A stretch of DNA of 64,000 nt. Source: Cordylochernes scorpioides (taxonomy: Eukaryota). The position numbers and the translations under genes were made by a program. Under the pieces are notes generated by a model that was not told the DNA's origin, ran no database searches, and was given only the letters and a program-made list of their open reading frames with translations. Positions 37,555-49,049 of the stretch are shown here, piece by piece; within the stretch, counting starts at the first letter, position 1, and each line of letters starts with the position of its first letter. The DNA lies in the NCBI GenBank assembly GCA_030710605.1, contig CP092864.1:139423418-139487417 (forward strand). Reading direction: 5' to 3'.

Positions 37555-37925
37555 TATATTTTTAAAAAAAGTGAGTGGAGGGTATTTGTGAGACTTGGTG
37601 AACAAGGTTCAACTGCATTAACTTATCCTTGATGTAACGCATGCTTCATAATTTGGGTATATTCCTATTCACTAAGCTTTGTGCTCAAAGGTGAGTGGGG
37701 GGTGCTCAGCTAACGGAACCAACTCACCTGACTCCAGGCATAGGGCTACAAACATAATATATATGGTGGGTGCTCAGCGTGTTCTTCATGTGTCAATACA
37801 CTCATGGATGAACACATAAGGAAGTTGTACCTTCCTAGCATGTATATCGGGATTCAGACAAAAACACTTTGGCTCTGCAATTAGGTGTCCTTTACAGGTA
37901 GGTTCTACTGTAACAAAATTCCCGT

Positions 37926-38222
37926 AGGATGGTCTAAACCATTGGTTTTCGGCCGCTATGACCCGGGTTCGATTCCGGCATTGGGCACTTTTTTTATGTT
38001 AAAAAAAAATAAAAATGCTCCAATGGCCCCCGATTCTTGCAAAAGTCCAACCCCACCAGCGAGTGCAAGTAACCAAACTGGTACATTTGTATGTGCAAAG
38101 TCGTACTATTTTCACATGTGTAGACATGTGGTACACTTACAGTAAAAGCAGTCGCCTACTTCTACCCACCATGATTATCATGGCCTGTACCATGTGTACT
38201 AGGGATAAGCAAAAAAAAAAAA
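37926..38222 (+). mobile_element. tRNA-derived SINE copy (5'-truncated head), TSD aaattcccgt; MVP intron 5
   Basis: aggatggtctaaaccattggttttcggccgctatgacccgggttcgattccggcattgggcac...actagggataagc(a)10. Confidence 0.8.
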
Positions 38223-38575
38223 TTCCCGTGTGAGGTCTGCTAGTTCCCCCTATCGGGCGCCACCCCAGGTGGCAGATAGGGGAATGCCTCCCAGAAATGG
38301 GCGGTACCAGGAAAATGAAATACCCGGGGTGAATCAAAGACTGTGGCAGGTTCTTGGGACACAGTATCAGCCCCAGAGTAACACATGGTCTTTGGAGAGA
38401 ATGTCAGAGAACTGGGAAGCATGGAAAGACCATGTGGCCCACCCTCAGTAGAGGAAGGCACTGAAGGAAGGAAGGAATAACAAAACTATCATGTATCAAA
38501 ACAAGCAGCTAATAATTCTATCCTCAAACTAATAATTCCTCTTTCACAAAAATGTGTTATAACATATACATATAC

Positions 38576-38815
38576 CTTGACCAGTTTCTTCTGTCCCAGC
38601 TGAGGCTTGCCAGTCTCAGCATTGACGGGGTCGAGGATGACACAGTACTGGCGGTTGGAGAGAGTGACTATGGGCACCAGCCCCACCACCTGGACGTACA
38701 CACTGGGGATGTAGGTCTCCGTGTCCTCCATGGTCACCAGCCACTCCTCTCCGTTCTTCCTCTGCTTGCCAAACTCATCCGTGAAAGTCCTGGTGGCTTT
38801 GACATGGATGGCCTC
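38576..38815 (-). CDS. MVP: MVP exon 5
   Basis: Acceptor tggcag|GAG; translates to [80 protein letters not shown]. Donor AAG|GTATAT. ORF 38489..38737(-). Confidence 0.85.
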
Positions 38816-40159
38816 CTGCCATCACACCGCACCTGGTGAGAGCAGTAGTCTTAGGGGAATATAGGGGGAAACATGATTTCAATTGGATTCCATGTTAAAA
38901 TATTAAGGGGGTAAAAAGACCAAATCCAAATAAGTGGTCTATACATGACAGAGCATTTATAATTCTTTATAGATAAAAGCCTAGGGCACTTCTCCCGTCA
39001 AAATAAACATCAAAACTACACACCATCTATGGACCATCGCCGCAGACTAGCGGCCTGGGTCAGTAACAAAGCCACAACACCAGCTTTGTCAAATTGAGAA
39101 GTGTCCGCCAAGAGACCATGGTTTTGGGTTAATGGCCCTCAGCAGCCTAGAGCCAACTTTATTCCATGATATCCATAAGGGATCCAATGGAATCCTCAAA
39201 ATCTACCAAAGAGATGTTTAGCTGGCAAAGTGGCTGAGCAAATCTATGGCCAAAATATAGATGGAAATTTTGCCGGGAGGAAATTTATCTAAAAAAGCAT
39301 AGGGCACTTCTCTCCTATCAAATAAATGACAAACACCATCTATATTATATATTCATTTGTTTTTGGATTTACCCGTTGAAGAACAGGGTTTTGCTCGAAA
39401 GCTCACACCTCAATGTATTTGTATTAGAGCTTAGAAACATGTATAAGACTATAAATCTAAATAAAAATATAGTAAGTGATGTTTCAGTAACAGTGTTGCT
39501 TTTGTCTGATGATGTTTACAATATTGTTAATAAAACAACACATACTCATTATTTGATCTCCATCATGCTTTATAAATAACACAGAAGCTGGCTAGGAAGA
39601 TTAGAGATGTCAAGAAATGCCCCAACCAAATGAAAACTTTGAAAAGTCATCAGAACAAATTACTACAACTGTATTCTTTCAAAAGGAAAGATGCAAAAAA
39701 GAGGAGGACACAAAAACAATTTGTGACTTTTTTCAATTGTTGTGCTAACCATTTGCCAAGGCATATGTTGGTGAAGGTATATTGTTTACTATTGGGCGTA
39801 AAGGACAGTTAGGCTTGTGGACCTTTGTTTTACCATATATATTGGGAACATGTGCATCATAATTTTTTAACTTGGTTAAAAGCCTATAATTAATATATTT
39901 ATTTTTTCTCCAGTTTTTAAGTATGGCATTCAATTTATTTTTGAAGTTTTTGTTGGATTATTTATTTTGTTACTTTTAGTGTCATATATAAAGGTGAAGT
40001 GCAGAAACATAAGATATACCTTTGTGCCTCTCTATAACCACATCACTTTGTACCAAGATGTTGTTATATAACCAAGTTATTATAACCATGGTTAAAGTAA
40101 GTGGGACCATAGAATGGTGCTGGTCTACCCACCAAGCTATAGAAGAGGTATGCAGTTGT

Positions 40160-40700
40160 AACCACCAAGTTATCTTCTTCTTCTTTCTTATCTTCACTCA
40201 ATCATATCAGGATATCAAGCTTGTAGAGCTTGTTGATGATGTCTGTGCTGGGCATGAGTAGAGCTCATCAATGGATGAGTCAATACAGTCAATAATGTGG
40301 TTTGGGATTGCAGGTTGAGAATTGTGCTTAGTACATAGTGGGAAAACTTTACAACCATTCTGGAAAGTCATTGTCCGTAGATGACCAGACTTAAGTCTGG
40401 AAATCAAAGACTGTTGTCCACCAATATATATAGGAGGTAGGCAGTTGTAACTACCAAGTTATCTTCTTATTCTTCTTTCTTATCTCAACTCAACAATCAT
40501 ATTAGGGTATCAAGCTTGTAGAGCTTGTGATGGTGTCTGCTGGGGATGAGTAGAGCTCATCAATGGATGAGTCAATACAGTCAATAATGTGTTTTGGGAT
40601 TGCAGATTGAGAATTGCACTTAGTACATAGTGGGAAAATCTTGCAACCATTCTGTAAAGTCATTGTCCATAGATGACCAAACTCAAGTCTAGAAACCAAG
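40160..40700 (-). mobile_element. Two adjacent non-LTR retrotransposon 3' fragments (RT C-terminal CCHC-like motif plus (CTT)n tail); MVP intron 4
   Basis: ORFs 40207..40407 and 40502..40699: ...SRLKSGHLRTMTFQNGCKVFPLCTK.NSQ.AIP.HIIDCIDSSIDELY...; tail gtgattgagtgaagataagaaagaagaag. Confidence 0.7.
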
Positions 40701-40740
40701 TTATAAAAGAGGCAGGCTGTTGTAAAAAAAGTGTATGTAC

Positions 40741-40967
40741 CTTCTCAGTGAGAACATGGGCCTCCACAATGTCCATGATCTCCTCATAGGCCCCAGGCAG
40801 GTATGCTCCCACCTTCTTGACCAGCCATTCCTCCCCTGCCACCCTCTGGTTGCCATCCCGGTCCTTGGTCTCTTTCTCCGCCCGCAGCTTGAGGGCCTGG
40901 TTGGGCTTGATGACTGTGGCCACAATGGTCTCCACCACCTCCACCTCCTTCCTGGGAATGTAGGTCC
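40741..40967 (-). CDS. MVP: MVP exon 4
   Basis: Acceptor tatcag|GG; translates to [76 protein letters not shown]. Donor AAG|GTACAT. ORF 40660..40995(-). Confidence 0.85.
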
Positions 40968-41539
40968 CTGATACACAACATATACTCCCATTCATCTATT
41001 CACTTCCTTATTTATAATATTGTCATGCATTAAGTCTAAATGAAATATACTCATGGACAAAACTTATGAAAGTTATACCTTTTAGCATGTATATCAGGAA
41101 TTAGACAATAACTCTGAAAGATATTACAGGAACCTTTAGTGAATACACACGAGATAACCGGGGGGGAAGAAGTCTGACCTCACCTCCCTTGACCCTTGGA
41201 ATATTCGACTAAATTCTGGTCTGTTTCCAAGGCGACTAACGTGGCAATGACATCCATTTTCCAATGAAGAGCAAAATGCATGGAGACATCTAAGGTTTTT
41301 CATTGGACATAACAACAACGAGATAACCAAGTGTGAACAAAGTTGTCTCTGTCTCCTTCTAAGAACACTCTTGAAAATTTACTCTCAAAATCACTCTAGA
41401 AATAATCATTTTCAAGGCATTTCCAGAGAAAAATATGCCTATCAAAATATAGTAAAACTTGTCTCTAAAGGACAACACCTAGTTGCAGAGTGTAGTTTAG
41501 ATAGAAGTGTCCAGAGAGTTACAAATTAGTAAATATTTT

Positions 41540-41650
41540 TGGTCACAGAGGTACAGTCTGCACCACGCTGAAGAAAGCGTTCCACTAGATGGCGCTCTGC
41601 CATCTAAAAGTTCATGTGAACGTGGTCAGGAAATGCCTTTTTTTATTTAT
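41540..41650 (+). repeat. Internally deleted copy of the HHR-family repeat, abutting the mariner-like element
   Basis: ggtcacagaggtacagtctgcaccacgctgaagaaagcg...ctagatggcgctct...gtggtcaggaaatgcc. Confidence 0.5.
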
Positions 41651-42985
41651 ATACATAGTGTGATCAATAATTTCCAGGAATGCTAAATATTTAAAGAAAT
41701 ACAAAAGTATAATAAAGTTTTATTTAAAATTTCTCAAAATAATCACCGTCACTATCTATACACTTGTTCCATCTTTTTTCCAGATATCAAAACACCTCTA
41801 AAAATCCTCATCTTTCAGGCTTTTCAAAATATTCTTCGTATTCTCCTTTATTTCAGGTATTGAGTCAAATCGACATCCTTTTAAGACTTTTTTAATTTTA
41901 GGGTAAAGGAAAAAGTCGTTGGGAGCAAGTCAGGAGAATAGGGTGGCTGGGGTAGTAAAGCAATTCCATGTTTAGCCAAATAGAGTGGTACAGTGACGGC
42001 CGTATGTGGCCGTGCGTTGTCATGATGCAAGAGCCAATTTTTCTGATGCCATTTTTTGGGTCGTTTCTGATACACAGCCTCCCTTAAATGTCGCAATACA
42101 TCAAAATAGTAATGTTGATTAATGATCTGACCCTCGGGCTCGAATTCATAGTGTACCAATCCCTTTACATCAAAGAAAGTGATAAGAAAACACTTAAACT
42201 TCGATTTGATCATCCTTGATTTCTTGAATCTTGGTTCTCCAGGCTCTAGCCACTGGCTTGATTGCCTCTTAGTCTCGGGATCATATCCGTACACCCATGT
42301 TTCATTTCCCGTGATAATATTTTTGAGCCAATGGGGATCAGAATTAAACATTTTGACTATGTTTTTGCATGTTTCTTTGCGATCCTCTTTCTGCTCATTC
42401 GTTAAGAGATGTGGGACAAATTTAGCTGGGGATCGTTTAAGATGCAGATCATTCTTTATGAGGGTTTGGTATGTTCCAAAAGAGATATTCAAGTCTTCTG
42501 ATAGCTCTCTGATATTTATTCTTGGGGTTTCTTTGATGGATAACTTGATTTTGAGTGCATTTTCGGGGTTTCTTATTGATAAAGGTCTGCCAGTATGTAG
42601 ATCATCCTTGACACTTTTTCAACCAGCTTTAAATCGTGCAAACCATTCAAATTTCCTCGATTGTGATAGGGCATCTTCTTTAAAAGTCTGCTTCAACATT
42701 TGAAATGATTCAGAAGCTGTTTTCCCTAATTTAAAGCAAAACTCTATGCAGACTCGCTGTTTTTCAATACAGTCTATACTGAAGTTAGAAAATGTTCTGA
42801 TATACTCGAGATTATAAATTCGAAAAAAAAACATGAGCGCGTGCGTCTGTGTGTTCATTTTTTTTTTCTACGTATTGATAAATGTTTTATCTATAAGGTC
42901 CTCATAAAATTATTTCATTATTTTGAATAGTTTACATGATCCAGTCTCATATTTGGAAATTATTGATCACACGTTGTATATATGG
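41650..42985 (-). mobile_element. Mariner-like element (Tc1/mariner superfamily) with frameshifted transposase; in MVP intron 3
   Basis: ORF 42619..42858(-) matches the mariner N-terminus (...CIEFCFKLGKTASESFQMLKQTFKEDALSQSRKFEWFARFKAG). ORF 41881..42492(-) contains WLLHHDNARPHTA and LLPQPPYSPDL. The C-terminal ...GDYFE lies in another frame. Imperfect TIRs are acatagtgtgatcaataatttcc (41653-41675) and rc of 42956-42978, with TA flanks. Confidence 0.85.
41881..42492 (-). pseudogene. Mariner transposase catalytic-domain fragment (DD34D-type motif HHDNARPH)
   Basis: The 203-aa ORF aligns to the mariner transposase core; the N- and C-terminal parts are in different frames. Confidence 0.8.
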
Positions 42986-43083
42986 CAGTAATGTTTTAAA
43001 TGCCAAAGTTGATGCTATAGTGAATTCTACCAAGTTAGCCTCTACCCACCCGAAAGAAAGAGATGGTAATAAGAGCCACCTAC

Positions 43084-43207
43084 CTGGGCCTTCAAAGAGC
43101 CATTCATCCTTGGCCCATCTCTTGACCTGGCCCTCGTCAACAAAATCTCTGGTGGCTCTCAGGCGGAAGGCAGAGTTGGTGGGCACCACTTGGAGCGGGG
43201 TCACATC
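43084..43207 (-). CDS. MVP: MVP exon 3 (53-bp intron upstream)
   Basis: Acceptor acatag|GAT; translates to DVTPLQVVPTNSAFRLRATRDFVDEGQVKRWAKDEWLFEGP(G). Donor CCAG|GTAGGT. ORF 42947..43204(-). Confidence 0.85.
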
Positions 43208-43260
43208 CTATGTCACAGCCATGTTGTTCGCCAGTTCCCCGTCAATCCTCATTGGCTCAC

Positions 43261-43456
43261 CTGATAGAGCTGCTCCCCCGGGTAGAGAGGGAAGGGTTCC
43301 TGTTCCAGCCGGATCTCCAGGTCCGCATGGCGTAGCTTGATCTGGTTCAGGGTGTCCACCACAATCTGGTTCTGCTCGTCCCGGGCCACCGGATTCCTGA
43401 TGGTGCAATAGTGGCAGGGGGGCACTACCACCATCTTCTCCGGGCCCAACACCACT
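43261..43456 (-). CDS. MVP: MVP exon 2
   Basis: Acceptor ctgcag|A; translates to ..VVLGPEKMVVVPPCHYCTIRNPVARDEQNQIVVDTLNQIKLRHADLEIRLEQEPFPLYPGEQLYQ. Donor CAG|GTGAGC. Covered by ORF 43249..43455(-). Confidence 0.85.
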
Positions 43457-43563
43457 CTGCAGCCACAATCCCCTCAACTGTGGGACTCTAACCTAAATAT
43501 ATATTTGGGTGTAAAAATAAAAATATATATAAAAACAGTCAGGTTTTATTATTTTTTTAAATA

Positions 43564-43738
43564 CAGTAGAACCTCCCTTTAGCGGACACCATGCTAGTAG
43601 ACACCTCTCCATAAAGGACAGTTTTCATTTGCAAAATTACCATTTTTACAATTTAGCAACTCTCCGGTAAGAGGACACCTCTCCCTAAAGGACACTTTGG
43701 CTCTGCAATTAGGTGTCCTTTACAGGGAGGTTCTACTG
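43564..43738 (+). mobile_element. 176-bp Tc1/mariner-type MITE (family A; TIR CAGTAGAACCTCCC, TA TSD), reference copy
   Basis: ta|cagtagaacctccctttagcggacacc...aggtgtcctttacagggaggttctactg|ta. Confidence 0.8.
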
Positions 43739-43837
43739 TACATTTAAAAAAAAAATTCTTATTTTTCAGATGTTTAGCATAATTATGCAAAATGTTCTTG
43801 ATTTCTCAGGAAAACTCAAAGACCAACTTTTTGGTTA

Positions 43838-44035
43838 TGAGGTACAGTCTGGCATCACGCTGAGGAGGGCCAACAGCCCAGAAAGGGAATGTGGTTGGCT
43901 TTTCTTGATTTATCAAAAAAATGAGTTAGCTAAATATTATAAAATAAACTTTAAAAAAATGTTTAATTTATTTTTGTTACACTAGATGGCGCTCTTCAAT
44001 CTCATGTGAGTGGTCAGGATATGCCTTTCTTATTT
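43838..44035 (+). repeat. Degenerate dispersed copy of the HHR-bearing repeat (CUGAGGA; GAAAC lost)
   Basis: ggttatgaggtacagtctggcatcacgctgaggagggccaacagcccagaaaggg...cactagatggcgctc...gtggtcagg. Confidence 0.65.
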
Positions 44036-44745
44036 TTAATATATTAGCGTATAAATGTCTTTCAGTAGCAGAAATATGTGGGGAATGATACAACAATTCC
44101 TTAGTGAGACCAAGTACTCTGTTCTGAAGCTTGACAACCACACTGTCACTATTACAATTCTTATCTTAATTTTGGTATTGTTACCTTTGACCCATTCTAT
44201 TGATAGCTCATAGAGAGACCACATCTGTTTCTTGAAACATGCCAAAAATGTTTTTTTTTCTAACCCATCAGTTGATTGCTTAAACTAACTTGCACAGACC
44301 ATGCTTTCCTAGTATATTGATGACTTGCTGGGGGATTTTGTAGATATCTTGTTTGTTTAGGCCACAGCACTGCAGGATGTGTTCTGCGGATGCCTCACAG
44401 CCAGACATTTTGTGCAGTGTAAAAAAAAAGTGTAAGGCACAATTTAGATTTTAGATTATCAACACCAGGTGATATGACCAAATCCAAATAAATAATTTAT
44501 TTATTTGGATTTGGTCTTATTGTGTTTAGGTAAAAAAAAAGGCCCAAAATGTAGCTTGACACCTGCAGCTCCAGAACACATTTTGGCTTGCATTAGATGC
44601 ATTGAACAGGACCTTTGGGAGAGGCCGCTGCTTATCATAAAACAGCTCGAGGAGCATAAACTTATGGAATTCATGTAATCTTTACACAAGGGGATAAGAA
44701 ACAACAACATGTCAAAAAAGAGTGAATTGTGATGAAGAAACTTAC

Positions 44746-44903
44746 ACCTCAGTGTCACTGGTGACGTAGGTCTTGGGTCCTTTCTCCACCCGGGTGACAT
44801 TGGTGGAGTGGTCGAGGATGTGGAGGAAGTGGTAGGGAGGGATTCTGTGGACTGTGTTCTCCATCCCGCTGCCTCCTCGGTGCTCCTTGCTTCTGTTACT
44901 CAT
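44746..44903 (-). CDS. MVP: MVP exon 1 (start codon at 44903..44901; alternative in-frame ATG at 44864..44862), ends phase 2
   Basis: rc reads ATGAGTAAC...GGGATGGAGAACACAGTCCACAGAATCCCTCCCTACCACTTC... = M S N R S K E H R G G S G M E N T V H R I P P Y H F L H I L D H S T N V T R V E K G P K T Y V T S D T E. In-frame TAA lies upstream of the first ATG. Donor GAGGT|GTAAGT at 44745. Confidence 0.8.
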
Positions 44904-45194
44904 CCTTCTGCTGCTGTCACCACACCCAGGTTAAACACAGAGGTTGTCACAGGTAATGACAGCTCTTATGATAATACATCCTAGTTGAGGAAAGCAATCT
45001 CATTAGTGGGCCATTTACTGATTGGCTGCCTCTCCTCTAAACACTTTGGTAAAACTCTACATTCATGGACAAAACTAGAGGAAGTGGAAAGTCTAATATC
45101 GCTAGTCCTCTATTTTTTTAAGGGGACAGAAGTAATTTTGTACACAATTGGCTATCTTGTGTGTCTTCAATAAAGGTTACTGTGTATCAAATAG

Positions 45195-46180
45195 CGTTCT
45201 GATTTATTGTCTGAATCCCAATATACATGCTAAAAGGTACAATTTCCTTTAGTTTTGTCCAAGCGTGTATCTTTCAGAGTTATTGTCTGAATCCCGATAT
45301 ACATGCTAAAAGGTACAACTTCCTCAAGTGTTGTCCATGAGTATATCTTTCAGAGTTATTGTCTGAATCCCGATATACATGCTAAAAGGTACAACTTCCT
45401 CAAGTGTTGCCCATGAGTGTATCTTTCAGAGTTATTGTCTGCATCCCAATATACATGCTAAAAGGTACAACTTCCTCAAGTGTTGTCCATGAGTGTATCT
45501 TTCAGAGTTATTGTCTGCATCCCAATATACAGGCTAAAAGGTACAACTTCCTCAAGTGTTGTCCATGAGTGTATCTTTCAGAGTTATTGTCTGCATCCCA
45601 ATATACATGCTAAAAGGTACAACTTCCTCAAGTGTTGTCCATGAGTGTATCTTTCAGAGTTATTGTCTGAATCCCGATATACAGGCTAAAAGGTACAACT
45701 TCCTCAAGTGTTGTCCATGAGTGTATCTTTCAGAGTTATTGTCTGAATCCCGATATACATGCTAAAAGGTACATCTTCCTCAAATTGTGTCCAAGAGTGT
45801 ATCTTTCAGAGTTATTGTCTGAATCCCGATATACAGGCTAAAAGGTACATCTTCCTCAAGTTGTGTCCATGAGTGTATCTTTCAGAGTTATTGTCTGAAT
45901 CCCGATATACAGGCTAAAAGGTACATCTTCCTCAAGTTGTGTCCATGAGTGTATCTTTCAGAGTTATTGTCTGAATCCCGATATACAGGCTAAAAGGTAC
46001 ATCTTCCTCAAGTTGTGTCCATGAGTGTATCTTTCAGAGTTATTGTCTGAATCCCGATATACAGGCTAAAAGGTACATCTTCCTCAAGTTGTGTCCATGA
46101 GTGTATCTTTCAGAGTTATTGTCTGAATCCCGATATACAGGCTAAAAGGTACATCTTCCTCAAGTTGTGTCCATGAGTGT
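45195..46180. repeat. 77-bp tandem repeat x about 13, immediately upstream of the MVP 5' end
   Basis: (tattgtctgaatcccgatatacaggctaaaaggtacatcttcctcaagttgtgtccatgagtgtatctttcagagt)n; related single copies at 57120-57230 and 44990-45200. Confidence 0.9.
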
Positions 46181-46485
46181 AACTTGAGCTCTGCTTTAAC
46201 CACCTCCAGAAGAGACCAGGAGTAGCCAATCCCTCACAGGAGATTGTCCTCGACCAAGAATAGATATCTCATTACAGTAAAAGTCTCTCAATTGGCTTTA
46301 AATAGATTCACTGAAATTTATTCCTATGTTTGCTATCATTTAATGGGAACACAACATATATAGTCTTCTCTCTTTATAATAGGTATATTTTATAACAGGC
46401 TTTCGATATAACAGACAAAATCAGGAGTCACCTTAAAATTACATTGAAAATGAACCATACTTTATAAAAGACATACAGTAGAACC

Positions 46486-46650
46486 TCCCTTTAGCGAACA
46501 ACCCGCTAGCGGACACCTCTCCACAATGGACAGTTTTCATTTGCAAAATTACCCTTTTTACAATTTAGCAACTCTCTGGTAAGAGGACACCTCTCCCTAA
46601 AGGACACTTTGGCTCTGCAATTAAGTGTCCTTTACAGGGAGGTTCTACTG
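46486..46650 (+). mobile_element. MITE family A copy
   Basis: cagtagaacctccctttagcgaacaacc...cagggaggttctactg. Confidence 0.75.
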
Positions 46651-46857
46651 TACCTTACAACAACCAAATTGGCTAGTCCCTTGGGTAGGGGGCAGTTTTA
46701 AAGTGAGTAGACTGTATAGCCATACTTCTCTCATAACAACAACATTTGGGGCCAAGTTTGTATGTCATTATAACCACAGTTGGAACAATAGGAAAGTAAA
46801 TGGCCTTAAATACCTATTTCTTTATTACTCAGGAAGTCTCAAGGACCAGTTTTTTGG

Positions 46858-46965
46858 TCGTTGAGGTACAATCTGGAACCACACTGATGGAGGCCAACAG
46901 CCCAAAAGGTGTATGTGGCTAGCTTTTCATGATTTATCAAAAAAACTGGGTTGGCTAAATATTAC
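46858..46965 (+). repeat. Degenerate dispersed copy of the HHR-bearing repeat
   Basis: ggtcgttgaggtacaatctggaaccacactgatggaggccaacagcccaaaaggtgtatgtggctagc. Confidence 0.6.
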
Positions 46966-47069
46966 AGAAGTAACCTAAAAATGATTGTTTATTACTCCCT
47001 AGTAAAGCTGGGGACTATAGAATTATGATGTTAATCAAGTTGTTATAATAAAGGAGGCTGTTGTAACAG

Positions 47070-47500
47070 GATTTAATTGTACTTGTGTGTAAAAATAAAT
47101 ATAGATTTCCACTTTTATTGCTAGGGTTTCAATTGTACTTGTGTATAAATATTTACCAGAGTTTCCACTTTTGTTGCTAGGGTTTCATTGTACTTGTGTA
47201 TAAAAATTTTCCAGTTTCTACTCTTGTTGCTAGGGTTTCATTGTACTTGTGTATAAAAATTTACCAGTTTCTACTCTTGTTGCTAGGGTTTCATTGTACT
47301 TGTGTATAAAAATTTTCCAGTTTCTACTCTTGTTGCTAGGGTTTCATTGTACTTGTGTATAAAAATTTACCAGTTCCTACTCTTGTTGCTAGGGTTTCAT
47401 TGTACTTGTGTATAAAAATTTTCCAGTTTCTACTCTTGTTGCTAGGGTTTCATTGTACTTGTGTATAAAAATTTACCAGTTTCTACTCTTGTTGCTAGCA
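47070..47500. repeat. ~55-bp tandem repeat x about 8
   Basis: (tctactcttgttgctagggtttcattgtacttgtgtataaaaatttaccagtt)n. Confidence 0.85.
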
Positions 47501-49049
47501 ACAACAGCAACAACAATCCTATTATTTTCATTATCAAACCCTAGTCATTGAGGATCATCTAGTGTATTCTTCTCCATGTGGAATCATTTTGGTTCTTCAT
47601 CCAAGTCTCTTACTCATTGGACTCGCTGCGAAATGTCTCCAATTATTATAATCTCAGAGACAGTCATCATAGAACATTGGCTTTACCCTCCAGTAGGACA
47701 AAATTCCACGATGTGAGTTTGCGGAGAGGCTGATACTAAGTGCTTCTCCCAAAACTTATATTTAGATGAGATAACAAACAAGGCTATAAAAGCTCTGTTT
47801 TCCTTCTCCTTGTTGAACTGTGTTCCCCATTCCCCCAAAATCATCAGTAGTCCTAATTAAAATACAATTGAACCTCTCTGTAAAGGACACTTAGTTGCGG
47901 AGCAAAAGTTTCCTTTAAGGAAATGTCTTTCTACTAGAGAGTTTGCTAATTACATATGATAAGGCACAATTTGGATTATAATAAGGAACAATTTATATGA
48001 TAGATTATAAACACAAGGTAATAAGACCAAACCCAAATAAATAAATAGTGTATGACATTTCAGTAACAGCGTTGTTACCGAAACGTCACACACTATTTAT
48101 TTATTTGAATTTGGTCTTATTACCTTGAATTTGGATTATAGATTAGCAACACAAGGTTAAAAACACCAAATCCAACTAAATAGCATGTGACTTTTCGGTG
48201 ACAACGCTGTTACAGAAACTTCACACACTATTTATTTATTTGGATTTGGTCTTTTTATCATTCAGTACTTTTGTCTGATGATGGCAACAATACTATTACG
48301 GCAACATCACACACTATTTATTTTTATTTGGATTTGGTCTTTTAACCTTGTGTTGCAATTACATAGAGAAAATGGTTTGAATAAAAGCTTTTAAATATGG
48401 TAAATTTTGGAGAGAGAGATGAAAACTGTCCTTTATAAAAGGATGACCTCTAGCAAGGGTCCTCTTATAGAGGTTCAACTGTACTAGACTGTCAGTGGCA
48501 TTTTAGCAACATTTGTTAAATTTACATTTCATCAGTTTTTTGTATTTAGGAATAACGTTTTTTCAAATGTCATTGTTAAACTACAAATTTTGATTGTTAT
48601 TTCAAATATTTGCTATTAAAAATTTTATATTATAATCCAAATTGTGCCTTAACAAAATTGTCATCTTTTTGATTTCTGTTTATCTTTGATAGTAAATACA
48701 AGAAAATAAGACCTAATAATTTAATAGTGTGTGACGTTTCGGCAACAGCATTGTTACCACCATCAGACAAAAGAATAAATGAGAAAAAAATATCACAGCA
48801 AGTTCTTAAATTGTACTGTTATCAAGTGTGTAAATAAGATAACAGATAAGGAAAAATTAGTTTTTTAAAACAACCTGAAATATTATTCTTAGAATTAGAA
48901 GTGGAATTTTTTTTTACATACTTGAAAACAGTACTATTTAAGAATAGGCTGTGATATATTTTTCTCATTTATTCTTTTGTCTGATAATGGTAACAACGCT
49001 ATTACCGAAATGTAACACAATATTCAATTATTTGGATTAGGTCTTATTT

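Larger units (their letters stand above)
19099..44903 (-). other. MVP: Major vault protein (MVP) gene, full CDS span (13 coding exons)
   Basis: Translated minus-strand exons match the conserved MVP motifs ([161 protein letters not shown]). All 12 junctions have AG acceptors and GT (one GC) donors with consistent phases. Total CDS 2598 nt = 866 codons. Confidence 0.9.

Noticed and set aside
42179-42703. 174-aa plus-strand ORF
   Set aside because: It lies antisense to the mariner transposase remnant and has no recognisable domain.
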